Positions 36,594 to 45,351 of a stretch of 64,000 nucleotides of DNA are shown here, piece by piece. The notes beneath the pieces were generated by a model. It was not told where the DNA came from, searched no databases, and was given only the letters and a program-made list of their open reading frames with translations. Source of the stretch: Solirubrobacterales bacterium (lineage in GTDB: Bacteria > Bacillota > Syntrophomonadia > Syntrophomonadales > DTU052); NCBI GenBank assembly GCA_050258755.1, contig JBLMZI010000011.1:198751-262750 (forward strand), in the 5' to 3' direction. Numbering within the stretch: the stretch's first letter is position 1; every line of letters begins with the position of its first letter. Made by a program: the position numbers and the translations under genes.

Positions 36594-36640
36594 AACGGCC
36601 GGGATTGCACAGCACCGTAATCCTGGCCGTTTTTTGTTTC
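36594..36640. terminator. Bidirectional terminator between queG and the flagellin gene
   Basis: 13-bp stem AACGGCCGGGATT/AATCCTGGCCGTT. TTTTTGTTT follows on the plus strand and TTTTCTTCT on the minus strand. Confidence 0.8.
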
Positions 36641-36646
36641 TTGTTG

Positions 36647-39600
36647 CTATTTTCCGCCCAGCAGTTGGAGCACCATTTGCGGCCGCTGGTTGGCCTGGGC
36701 CAGCATGGCAGTTCCGGCCTGGCCCAAAATATTGACCTTGGTGTATTCCATCATTTCCTTGGCCATATCGACATCGCGGATGCGGGATTCTGAGCTGGTC
36801 AGGTTTTCCTCGGCAACGGAAAGGTTGTTTATGGCATGTTCCAGGCGGTTCTGAAGTGCGCCCACATCGGAACGCAGACCCGATACCCGGCTGATGGCGG
36901 CATCCAGGTGACTAATGGCCCGTCCCGCGAGTTCCCGAGTAGTGACTAAAAGGCCGGCCACACCGAGCCCGCGCGAACCGATTTCACCGAGCGCTAGACG
37001 GAGCGCCTGGTTTTCGCCGGCGCCGCCCTGTAGCGCGATCTGACGGTCGGCAAGGTGTATATATTCCCGATCCGCGCCGCCCTTTAAGGTGAAGGAATCG
37101 GTATCGGAATCGTAAGATGCCTGGGTCATGCCCAGCGATGCGCCCAACTGCAGCTCGATACCGTTGCTGAATACCGTTTCCATTGACTGTCCGGACGGAA
37201 GGACCTGCTCGGCCAGGGTTTCACCGGTATTCGCATCGGCGACGCTGACGGTAAGGGTATTGTCGGTTCCCTTCTGCAGCGAAGTCAGACCCAGGGCCCG
37301 CATGATGTCCTCATCCCCGACAATATTCAGATCTCCGGCCGTGCCAGCGACTGCGGAGCGAATCACTAGACTGCCCTCAACCTGTTCCAGCCCGGTTGAA
37401 TCACTTACCCAATCGACAAAAGTCGCGAATTTGTTTTTATCATTTCCGGCGACCAGTGTGTTCTGGCCCAGGTCTTCGTAAACCGCCTGGTTGATGCGGT
37501 CGAGAATATCGATGATCTCGTCAGTGGCATAAAGCGACACTTCGGCGGTCTTGCCGTTGCTGATCAGGGTCAGGGTTCGCGGCGTATCAAGCAGATACCG
37601 CCCGTCCCCGTTATAGAAATTGGTGATATCCTGCAGTTTTGTGTAGTGATGCGCCATTCGGGCATCGGTTCCGGTTTCGCCCGTGGTGAAAACCGCGGCA
37701 TCAGTGACTTTGCGCGGGGTCATTAAGTTGTTGGTGACGCCAAGGGCGGTGCCGCCCAGGAAGTCATTAAAACCAAGCGCCATTTCGGCATCGTGGATAT
37801 CCCCGTTTTGGCTGTTGGTCTGGTAAAAACGCAGGGGCGTGGTCCGGCTGTCCAGAACGCCTTCATTAAAGCGCCAGGAAACCGGGTAGGGGGTTGGTTC
37901 TCCCAAGTTCATCGCCTGGAAGAGATCCAATTCATCCGCAGCAGGGCTTGCCTGTGCATCAGCCGAGACCGAAAGACAGACTCGGTCGCCGGTTTGCAGT
38001 TCACTTAAATCCGCCCAATCAAAGTTGGTAAAGTTGATGCCGCTGAATCCGGACGTGGAGAACAGGTTGCAGTTCGGGTTGTTAAGCCCCATGGAAATCG
38101 AATCGTCATAGACGTAGGTATAATTGCCGTTCTTGTCGTAGCAATGGGCCTGACCGCGCAGAATCACCCGGTTGTCCAGCACGGTCAGCACCTCGAGCAT
38201 GATGGAGGCATTGTATGGATTGGCGGGATCTGCTTCAATTTGGCCGATAAACGCCCCGATTGTATCGCTTGAACCGCGGCCTTGAAAATAGGAGCTGGTA
38301 ATGGATGCGCCACCCGCCGGAACAGTACGGCCTTGATAATTGACTTCCAGCGTGGCGGCGGAATTGGTGCCAAATACAGTGCCGGCGGCCAGGCCGGTCC
38401 CTTCGAGTATGGCCAGAATACTGCCGGTTTCGACCGAACCGTCGAGCGGATTAACGAACCAACCGGCCAGATTCAAGGTCAACCCGTTTTCGGCATCCTG
38501 CGCAAACCGGTATTCGATCGTACTTCCGCCGGATGCCCAGGGATTTCCCGTTACCCGGATGTTGGCATCGGAGTGCTGGTTGGGCGGTAGGTTGTGATAA
38601 GCCGCGTCACCCGCCCGGGCGGAGACATTGACCACAAACCGGTCACCCACCGTCAGGCTGCCGCCAAGGTTAAACTGGTCGAATTGGAGCGGGCCAACCG
38701 TTAAGGCGCCGCCCGGAACCGCCAGATCGACCGGCCCAAAGTCATTTGGCAGGCCGTTTCGGTTGTAACCCTTGCCTTGAAAACGGATGGTCGGCGGAAT
38801 CCCGTTGCTGACCACCTCGCACAAAAGGGAACAGTTGTCATCTTCCTGGCTCCAGGCGTTGATTCCGGTCAGGTAAGTGGCCGGGTTTCCGCCATTGGCA
38901 AAATAGTAGGTCGTATCGCTGCCATAAGAAGCGTATGCTTCGTGGTTGAAGCCAGCGGCGGCGTATCGTTCGCTGTAAGTGACCGCATTAGCCTGGGTGG
39001 CGATGGTGCCGAAATCGATATTGTGCTGAACCGTGGCTGAGGTTCCGATGCCAGTTCGAACCAGCTGCGGCAGCAGAACCGCGCTGTTGTTGTCCAGCAC
39101 TCCATTATTAAACCGGTAGCGGGTAGTGAACGTGTCGTTGGTCGCGCCGTCGAGCAGTTCCGAATCAACCTGATCATAGGCGCCGGCGGCCGCGGCCGAG
39201 GTATATAGAGTCCAGGAATCACCGACGGCCAGTTCGGCCCCGTTTGTGCTGTCGGGCAGGGTAATAGAGGTAAATGGCAGCGGCTGACCGGAGAGCACCA
39301 GCGAGTTGTTGGTGCCAAGCCGGCCTTCCCACCAATCGTCGGAGTGGGTTCCGGAAACCAGCGTGCCGTTATTGCTGACTCCGGTCCAGGTCGTCTGAAC
39401 GGTAACCCGGTCTCGTGCCTGCAGCCACAGTGTGTTGACTGGAGCCGCACCGGCCCGTATGGTTTGAGCGCCTCCGAAAAGGGTAGTGCAGCCGGCTCCG
39501 GTCAGGCGGACTTCCCGGCGGGTGGGAGCGGTATCGTTATTGTCAAACTGGAATTGTCCGTAGGCCTGGCTGGTGTCATCCGGGGTGGTCAGCCAGTTTA

Positions 39601-41839
39601 CAGCAAAGTTGGCCGGATCCCAGGCTGCCATCGCGGCCCGAGCCTGTTCTATTGTTGAACCAGCGGGAATCACGGCGCCCAGCACGGTATTGTAATCTTT
39701 CGCGGTACCGAACACAGCCGCGCCGCGGCCGCAGGCACCCGCGATACCGCATTCGGTGATGGTGGAACCGCCGCCGCCGACTGTAATCTGATACCGGGTA
39801 TTATTGAGGTCGTTTCGAACATTGATAACCTGCTGGGCCCCGGCCGCCTGCATCTGAAAGACCGGTCCCGCAGGGGGGGCTAAATCGGCAAGGGCAATTG
39901 CGTTGGTCATCGCGGTATTCAAAGCAGCAGTGATTTGGTTGAGGACTATAGCGTTAAAGGCAATTGGGTTGCTGGTATATCCATGCAGAACCCGATTGCC
40001 GGTCGAGCTTCCGCTAGCCGTCACCGTCATGCCGCCCAGCCCCAGGTCGGTTTCGGCCGAACCGGCCGCCCCATCGGTCAGAAACGTAACCGAACGATCG
40101 GCCGTGTTGTTCACGACTTGAAGCCGGTACACCCCGCCGGTAAGATCGACTGCCATCGCGTCAACATTATAGCCGGGAACGCCGGCAAACGCAGCATCGA
40201 TCGCGGTGCCGATCTGCTGAATGTTTCTTGAGCTGATGTCAATGATCAGCGATCGGTCGTAATCCTGGGCTGTGCCATCGGTCAGCCCGGACGGTATGAA
40301 GCCGCCAGTCAAAGCGCCATCAACACCGAGCGTTGTTGCAGCGGAACCCGACAGCTTAAGCGTGATTCCGGCGCCTAACGTATTGTTGATCCGAAGCTGC
40401 AGTTGGTCGCCTCCGGCGACAGTCGATAAGGTGACATCCGTGGCCAAGACTCCGCCATGCAGCCCGTTGGCGGCTGCTTCCAGCGCTAACGCGGTATCAT
40501 CCATATTCAGGCCGCTGACGTCGACGTCGACATCATCCGTGGTGCCATTGTCGTCTATCTCGATATTAATTACCGAGCCGGGCGGATTGGTGTAGTAAAG
40601 CCTGGCTTCCACGGTTTCCGCGGCACCAGACATATAGGTCAGGCCGAGGGTTGCATTATCGCCGTTAGCCGACCGGTAATAGGTCCGGGCCGAGATGGTG
40701 CCGGCCAGCGTGGTTCTGGCCTGGGTACCGGTTACCTCAAAAGATGTGTACATGTTGTTGGCGTAATTGGGATTGGTCGTATAAGATACGTCGCCGCCGG
40801 CGGGAGCACCATTGATGGTTATTGAGCCGCCCCCGGCGCCGCCGATATCGGTCCAGGCGGCCTGGGTTTGGGAGGTGGCCGGCCCGGCCGCGGCCGTGAT
40901 ATCCATCTGGACATCGATATTAGCACGCCCGGTTGCGCTTACCCCGTTGATGACATCAGGCCCGGCCACAGTATCGGCATAAACGGCCATAAACGGAACC
41001 GTGTCCGCGACCTGTACCGTATAGTCCCCGTAAGGAACCAGATCCGGGCTGGGAGTGCTTGACACGGTGATGCCCAGATCAACGTCCGGTGTGGCGGTGT
41101 CAGCGCCGCCGGGATCTATATAAGAAATGCCGCCAAATGGGGTTTCTCTGGCCTCCAACCGATAATCGCCTTCGGCTAATCCGGCCGCCTGCAGAGACTT
41201 CAACCCGGTATAGGCACCGGAAGCCGGTTTATCGGTGAATTCGGTAACTCCGGTAACCCGCGCGAGCATGGCGTTGGTTCCCTGAATTTGCGCGGTACCC
41301 GGGGTTGCCTGAAGATCCAGTCGGTACTCGCCGCTGGCCGGAACCGCGCCAGGTTTGGTGCCGACCGAACCGGTGGACACCACCCGCACATCGTTGCTGG
41401 AACTGCTCCAGAGCAGGGACGATGAGCCATCTAGAAGGTTTTTCTGGTTAAAGGTCGTGGAGCGGGAGATTTCATCCAGCCCTTGCTTCAGTTGATCCAT
41501 TTCTTTCTGGATTTCCATCCGGTCGTTCATGGTATTGGTGTCATTGGCCCCTTGCACGGCCAATTCGCGCATGCGCTGCAGAATGCTGTGGCATTCGGAA
41601 AGCGCGCCGTCAGCGGTCTGCAGCAGGGAAACCCCGTCCTGCAGGTTTCTTCCCGCCTGAGAAAGACCGGCGATTTGCGCGCGCATTTTCTCGGAAATCG
41701 CAAGGCCAGCCGCGTCGTCCGCCGCCTTGTTGATTCTGAGACCGGAAGATAAGCGCTCCAGAGCCTTCCCGGCCGATGTGCTGGTGCGGCTGAGCGCATG
41801 ATATGTATTTAATGATTGAATGTTATGGAAGATGCGCAT
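36647..41839 (-). CDS. fliC: Giant flagellin (about 1,730 aa)
   Basis: N-terminus MRIFHNIQSLNTYHAL...LSSGLRINKAADDAAGLAISEKMRAQI...ILQRMRELAVQGAND. C-terminus LQNRLEHAINNL...SRIRDVDMAKEMMEYTKVNILGQAGTAMLAQANQ. The start was set at the ATG seven nt after GGGAG, not at the track Met at 42004. Confidence 0.9.
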   Translation of the reverse strand: MRIFHNIQSLNTYHALSRTSTSAGKALERLSSGLRINKAADDAAGLAISEKMRAQIAGLSQAGRNLQDGVSLLQTADGALSECHSILQRMRELAVQGANDTNTMNDRMEIQKEMDQLKQGLDEISRSTTFNQKNLLDGSSSLLWSSSSNDVRVVSTGSVGTKPGAVPASGEYRLDLQATPGTAQIQGTNAMLARVTGVTEFTDKPASGAYTGLKSLQAAGLAEGDYRLEARETPFGGISYIDPGGADTATPDVDLGITVSSTPSPDLVPYGDYTVQVADTVPFMAVYADTVAGPDVINGVSATGRANIDVQMDITAAAGPATSQTQAAWTDIGGAGGGSITINGAPAGGDVSYTTNPNYANNMYTSFEVTGTQARTTLAGTISARTYYRSANGDNATLGLTYMSGAAETVEARLYYTNPPGSVINIEIDDNGTTDDVDVDVSGLNMDDTALALEAAANGLHGGVLATDVTLSTVAGGDQLQLRINNTLGAGITLKLSGSAATTLGVDGALTGGFIPSGLTDGTAQDYDRSLIIDISSRNIQQIGTAIDAAFAGVPGYNVDAMAVDLTGGVYRLQVVNNTADRSVTFLTDGAAGSAETDLGLGGMTVTASGSSTGNRVLHGYTSNPIAFNAIVLNQITAALNTAMTNAIALADLAPPAGPVFQMQAAGAQQVINVRNDLNNTRYQITVGGGGSTITECGIAGACGRGAAVFGTAKDYNTVLGAVIPAGSTIEQARAAMAAWDPANFAVNWLTTPDDTSQAYGQFQFDNNDTAPTRREVRLTGAGCTTLFGGAQTIRAGAAPVNTLWLQARDRVTVQTTWTGVSNNGTLVSGTHSDDWWEGRLGTNNSLVLSGQPLPFTSITLPDSTNGAELAVGDSWTLYTSAAAAGAYDQVDSELLDGATNDTFTTRYRFNNGVLDNNSAVLLPQLVRTGIGTSATVQHNIDFGTIATQANAVTYSERYAAAGFNHEAYASYGSDTTYYFANGGNPATYLTGINAWSQEDDNCSLLCEVVSNGIPPTIRFQGKGYNRNGLPNDFGPVDLAVPGGALTVGPLQFDQFNLGGSLTVGDRFVVNVSARAGDAAYHNLPPNQHSDANIRVTGNPWASGGSTIEYRFAQDAENGLTLNLAGWFVNPLDGSVETGSILAILEGTGLAAGTVFGTNSAATLEVNYQGRTVPAGGASITSSYFQGRGSSDTIGAFIGQIEADPANPYNASIMLEVLTVLDNRVILRGQAHCYDKNGNYTYVYDDSISMGLNNPNCNLFSTSGFSGINFTNFDWADLSELQTGDRVCLSVSADAQASPAADELDLFQAMNLGEPTPYPVSWRFNEGVLDSRTTPLRFYQTNSQNGDIHDAEMALGFNDFLGGTALGVTNNLMTPRKVTDAAVFTTGETGTDARMAHHYTKLQDITNFYNGDGRYLLDTPRTLTLISNGKTAEVSLYATDEIIDILDRINQAVYEDLGQNTLVAGNDKNKFATFVDWVSDSTGLEQVEGSLVIRSAVAGTAGDLNIVGDEDIMRALGLTSLQKGTDNTLTVSVADANTGETLAEQVLPSGQSMETVFSNGIELQLGASLGMTQASYDSDTDSFTLKGGADREYIHLADRQIALQGGAGENQALRLALGEIGSRGLGVAGLLVTTRELAGRAISHLDAAISRVSGLRSDVGALQNRLEHAINNLSVAEENLTSSESRIRDVDMAKEMMEYTKVNILGQAGTAMLAQANQRPQMVLQLLGGK
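37650..39260 (-). repeat. Three divergent tandem ~190-220-aa modules inside the flagellin variable region
   Basis: L(A/T/Q)(V/T)GD(S/R)... motifs lie near 39222, 38648 and 37990. Each is followed 110-145 nt later by (Y/W)RF(N/A) near 39110, 38505 and 37875. Modules one and two also share (I/L)R(F/G)Q(G/A)...(N/D)(R/K)NG. Confidence 0.6.
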
Positions 41840-42084
41840 GAGAAAGCTCCCAGCGGCCGTCGGGAAAAAACCAAACGGCGGATTCCGGGCGCATTTGGCG
41901 GCGCGGCATGAACCAGACAGCCGTCGGAGCGGATTTCCCCCTTTTTGACCAGGGAAACCCCCTCGTATTGCAAGACTGCGCTGGTGCAGAGGCGGATGCG
42001 TCATTCAGTCGGCATCCAGGGGCATCTCTTCCGTGAGAGGCCTGCCCGTTTTAACCCGCGAAACCAACCCGGTTTCTGTATACT

Positions 42085-42111
42085 ATATCGAGCACTTGTC
42101 AGAGATTCTTG
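42085..42111 (-). promoter_or_regulatory. Weak candidate sigma-28 (SigD/FliA)-type promoter upstream of the flagellin gene
   Basis: On the minus strand CTCGATAT matches the GCCGATAT consensus at six of eight positions. The -35 is poor (CAAG vs TAAA at 15-nt spacing). It would give a ~240-nt leader. Confidence 0.25.
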
Positions 42112-42262
42112 AGTGCCGGCTGGCACTAAAATGAGCCACATGCCAGAAAAAGGACATACCCCAAGCCGTCGGCATGTTCTATGAAACAAAGTGTGCGGGT
42201 GCTGTTATCCAGATGCGAGCGGAGTGGCTGGGCAGAAATGAAGCGGCGAAAGGCGTTGACCG

Positions 42263-43327
42263 TCATTGTTTGATGGCTTGCCAGATGGCCAGACCGAATT
42301 CAAGGGCGATCAGGACGATGATGGTCCACTCCAGGAAATTGGAGTGCTGGATATTGACCTCGTTGCTGAGCATCACATAGTTTTCCTGAATGACCTGAAT
42401 CTTGCGGTTGACACTGACGGTCCACTGCTCAGAGCGGAGCACGCGCAGGGCGGTTTCGTAGACCCGTGCGTAATAAACGTCTTCGGTGATCTTGATCAGG
42501 TTGTCAATCTTTTCCCGGATATCCGAAACATCGGCATGCAGTTCCATGATGTCGGCCATGATCCGGCGGTACTGCCGCAGGCGAAGGAACCGGTTCATGC
42601 GATCCGCCGAGGCCAGGTCGTCATACATTAAATCCATCTGGCGGCTGAGTTTTCGGTCATAGTAACGCAGAGCAAGCAGCTGTACATTGGCGAACTCGAT
42701 GAGATCCATCAGATCGGTGGAAGGGTCGGGACCGGAAAGCAGTGCGGTATCCCAGGTCAGGACCGCTCGGTCTTCGGCGCTGTAGCTCAGGCTCCCGCGC
42801 AGGATATCATCCCGGATTGAAGGTGAGAAATTGTTTTTTTCGCCCATTAGGACCGTGACCGGATCAAGGCGCTCATGGAGGGTATCCACCCGGTATATGG
42901 TGTAGTCCTCATAGAAATCAGGATCGGTGTCAACGCTGCCCAGATGCGGTTCCAAAATGGACAATACCGCCTTTAAGTACTGGTCAAACGGATCGTCCAG
43001 ATGACGCTGACCGGCAAAAAACAGGGCGATGGATTCAAGTTCCTCCGGGTCCGCGGCCAAGTCCTCAAACATCATAGCAAGACTGATCGAGCCGGTATCG
43101 AAAATCCGGGCACGAACGTCAAAGCGCAGGGAACGGTCTGGATACGGGCACACAAACGGGTTCAGCCGAAGGGTCAGCGGCCAGGTGCCGATGACGATAG
43201 ATTTCGGCCGTATTCTTACGAAACGGGTCCGGGCAATCGAATGGTCCTGGGCCAGCCGGGACTCCAGCCGGTCCAGGTCGATCTCCAGACCGGTCTCAAA
43301 GATGCGATAGAATTTCACGGCGATCAT
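42263..43327 (-). CDS. RMD1/DUF155-like protein with a single C-terminal TM helix
   Basis: 354 aa, a soluble body plus the C-terminal NFLEWTIIVLIALEFGLAIW. This resembles the DUF155 C-terminal (R/F)LEWxIIxLIxxE motif. The family assignment is from memory. Confidence 0.5.
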   Translation of the reverse strand: MIAVKFYRIFETGLEIDLDRLESRLAQDHSIARTRFVRIRPKSIVIGTWPLTLRLNPFVCPYPDRSLRFDVRARIFDTGSISLAMMFEDLAADPEELESIALFFAGQRHLDDPFDQYLKAVLSILEPHLGSVDTDPDFYEDYTIYRVDTLHERLDPVTVLMGEKNNFSPSIRDDILRGSLSYSAEDRAVLTWDTALLSGPDPSTDLMDLIEFANVQLLALRYYDRKLSRQMDLMYDDLASADRMNRFLRLRQYRRIMADIMELHADVSDIREKIDNLIKITEDVYYARVYETALRVLRSEQWTVSVNRKIQVIQENYVMLSNEVNIQHSNFLEWTIIVLIALEFGLAIWQAIKQ

Positions 43328-43575
43328 CCCGAAAAATCAACCTCCGTCAACGGTGCGCGGCGTCTTTGCTGATTTTCAAAAAGGCAGCGCCGCGGAAATG
43401 ACTGCAAGTTTAATTTTTCCCCGAAAGCTTGGAATCTAAAGCGGAAAACGAGAGGATGGCGAACCAAGGCATATTGGGAAACGCATAGGCCGCCAATGCT
43501 TGATAAGGTAGGCGGCCGGCAATACTATGATATACAATAGGACATGAACAACAGAATGCAAGGAGAAGCAATCAC

Positions 43576-45276
43576 ATGACCACTACGCCGGTTTCGACCA
43601 ACTTCATTCAGCAGATTATTAATGAAGACCTGAAAACGGGCAAATACGGCAATCGCGTTCATACCCGGTTTCCGCCCGAGCCCAACGGGTATCTACATAT
43701 CGGGCACGCCAAATCCATCTGCCTCAATTTTGGGATTGCGGCCGCGAACGGCGGCTTGTGCAACCTGCGCTTTGATGATACGAACCCGAGCAAAGAAGAA
43801 GTCGAGTTTGTCGATTCGATCATGGAAGATGTCCGGTGGCTCGGGTTTTCCTGGGATGACCGCCTGTTCTACGCATCAGGATATTTCGAACAGCTCTACG
43901 ATTTTGCGGTTCAGCTGATCCAAAAGGGCAGGGCGTTTGTGTGCGATTTAAGCTCGCAGGAGATGCGGGTATATCGCGGCACCTTGACCGAGCCAGGCAA
44001 AGAGAGCCCGTATCGGAATCGTTCGGTGGATGAGAACCTGGACCTGTTCCAGCGGATGCGCGGCGGCGAATTCCCGGACGGGACGAAAGTGCTGCGCGCT
44101 AAAATCGATATGGCGTCTCCGAACCTGAATCTTCGCGACCCGGTACTGTACCGGATTATTCACGCTTCGCATCATCGGACCGGGGACAAGTGGTGTATTT
44201 ACCCGATGTATGACTATGCGCACCCGCTGTCTGACGCCCTGGAAAAGGTGACCCATTCGATCTGTACCCTGGAATTCGAGGATCACCGGCCGTTGTACGA
44301 CTGGATTCTGCGGGCCCTGGACATTGAGAGCCCACCGCAGCAGATCGAGTTTGCCCGGCTGAATCTGACCCATACCGTGATGAGCAAGCGCCACCTGCGC
44401 CGTCTGGTCGAGGAAGGCCAGGTCAGCGGGTGGAACGATCCGAGGATGCCGACCCTGTCCGGGCTGCGTCGGCGGGGCGTCACCCCAGAAGCCATCCGGG
44501 ATTTCTGCGACCGGATCGGCGTGGCCAAGGCCAATAGTATGGTCGATCTCGCGCTGTTAGAACACTGTATCCGGGAAGATTTAAGCGCGAAGGCGGCCCG
44601 GGGTATGGGCGTGCTCCGGCCTTTGAAGCTGGTGCTGACCAATTATTCCGAGAGCGAAAGCGAGATGCTGCCGGCGGAAAACAATCCCGAAAACCCGGAC
44701 ATGGGAAGCCGTATGATCCCGTTTTCGCGGGAGTTGTATATCGAACAGGACGATTTCATGGAGGAGCCGCCGAAGAAATTCTTCCGGCTGGCCCCGGGGC
44801 AGGAAGTCCGGCTGAAGAATGCCTATATTATCCGGTGCGAGTCGGTGGTCAAGAATGCGGCCGGGGAAGTGGTCGAAGTCCACTGCAGTTATGATCCGGA
44901 GACGAAAAGCGGCGGCGCCGCCAGCGGGAAAAAGGTAAAGGGAACACTCCACTGGGTATCGGCCGCGCATGCGGTGGATGCCGAGGTGCGGCTGTACGAC
45001 CATCTGTTCGTCGAGGAAGCGCTGGACGCAGACGAGACGGATGAAGAAAAACCGGCCGCCAAGGATGGTTTTAACGTAAACTCGGCTTCACTGGAAGTCC
45101 TGAACGCAAAACTGGAGCCTGAACTGGGACACGCGCCGGAGGGGTCGAGGTTCCAGTTTATGCGGCACGGCTATTTCTACCTTGATCCGGTGGACACCAA
45201 GCCCGGAAAACCGGTTTACAACCGGATTGTCGGGCTGCGGGACACCTGGGCCAAGATCCAGAAAAGCGCCGAATAA
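43576..45276 (+). CDS. glnS: Glutamine--tRNA ligase
   Basis: [17 protein letters not shown] is the HIGH motif and VMSKR is the KMSKS motif. The length and C-terminal anticodon-binding barrels are GlnRS-like. Confidence 0.92.
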   Translation: MTTTPVSTNFIQQIINEDLKTGKYGNRVHTRFPPEPNGYLHIGHAKSICLNFGIAAANGGLCNLRFDDTNPSKEEVEFVDSIMEDVRWLGFSWDDRLFYASGYFEQLYDFAVQLIQKGRAFVCDLSSQEMRVYRGTLTEPGKESPYRNRSVDENLDLFQRMRGGEFPDGTKVLRAKIDMASPNLNLRDPVLYRIIHASHHRTGDKWCIYPMYDYAHPLSDALEKVTHSICTLEFEDHRPLYDWILRALDIESPPQQIEFARLNLTHTVMSKRHLRRLVEEGQVSGWNDPRMPTLSGLRRRGVTPEAIRDFCDRIGVAKANSMVDLALLEHCIREDLSAKAARGMGVLRPLKLVLTNYSESESEMLPAENNPENPDMGSRMIPFSRELYIEQDDFMEEPPKKFFRLAPGQEVRLKNAYIIRCESVVKNAAGEVVEVHCSYDPETKSGGAASGKKVKGTLHWVSAAHAVDAEVRLYDHLFVEEALDADETDEEKPAAKDGFNVNSASLEVLNAKLEPELGHAPEGSRFQFMRHGYFYLDPVDTKPGKPVYNRIVGLRDTWAKIQKSAE

Positions 45277-45301
45277 GTACAAGTGACAAGCAAGAAATGT
45301 G

Positions 45302-45336
45302 AACCCGGGTTCTTTGGAGAGCCCGGGTTTGGTTTT
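45302..45336. terminator. Terminator between convergent glnS and the dehydrogenase gene
   Basis: AACCCGGG...CCCGGGTT stem followed by TGGTTTT. Confidence 0.65.
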
Positions 45337-45351
45337 GCCCTTTAAGATCGA

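Noticed and set aside
36605-36793. A 62-aa plus-strand ORF at the flagellin 3' end, and other sub-100-aa ORFs inside the flagellin gene on the plus strand
   Set aside because: All are antisense shadow ORFs within a continuous 5.2-kb coding frame that has conserved termini.
36647-41839. The possibility that the giant flagellin is an enzymatic flagellin (flagellinolysin-type metallopeptidase insert)
   Set aside because: I found no HExxH or other catalytic signature in the insert. The only HE is in FNHEAYASY, which lacks the second His.
41840-42004. A 55-codon N-terminal extension of the flagellin ORF (track start at 42004)
   Set aside because: The extension (MTHPPLHQRSLAIRGGFPGQKGG...) is unlike any flagellin. 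The canonical MRIFHNIQSLN start is preceded by GGGAG at good spacing.
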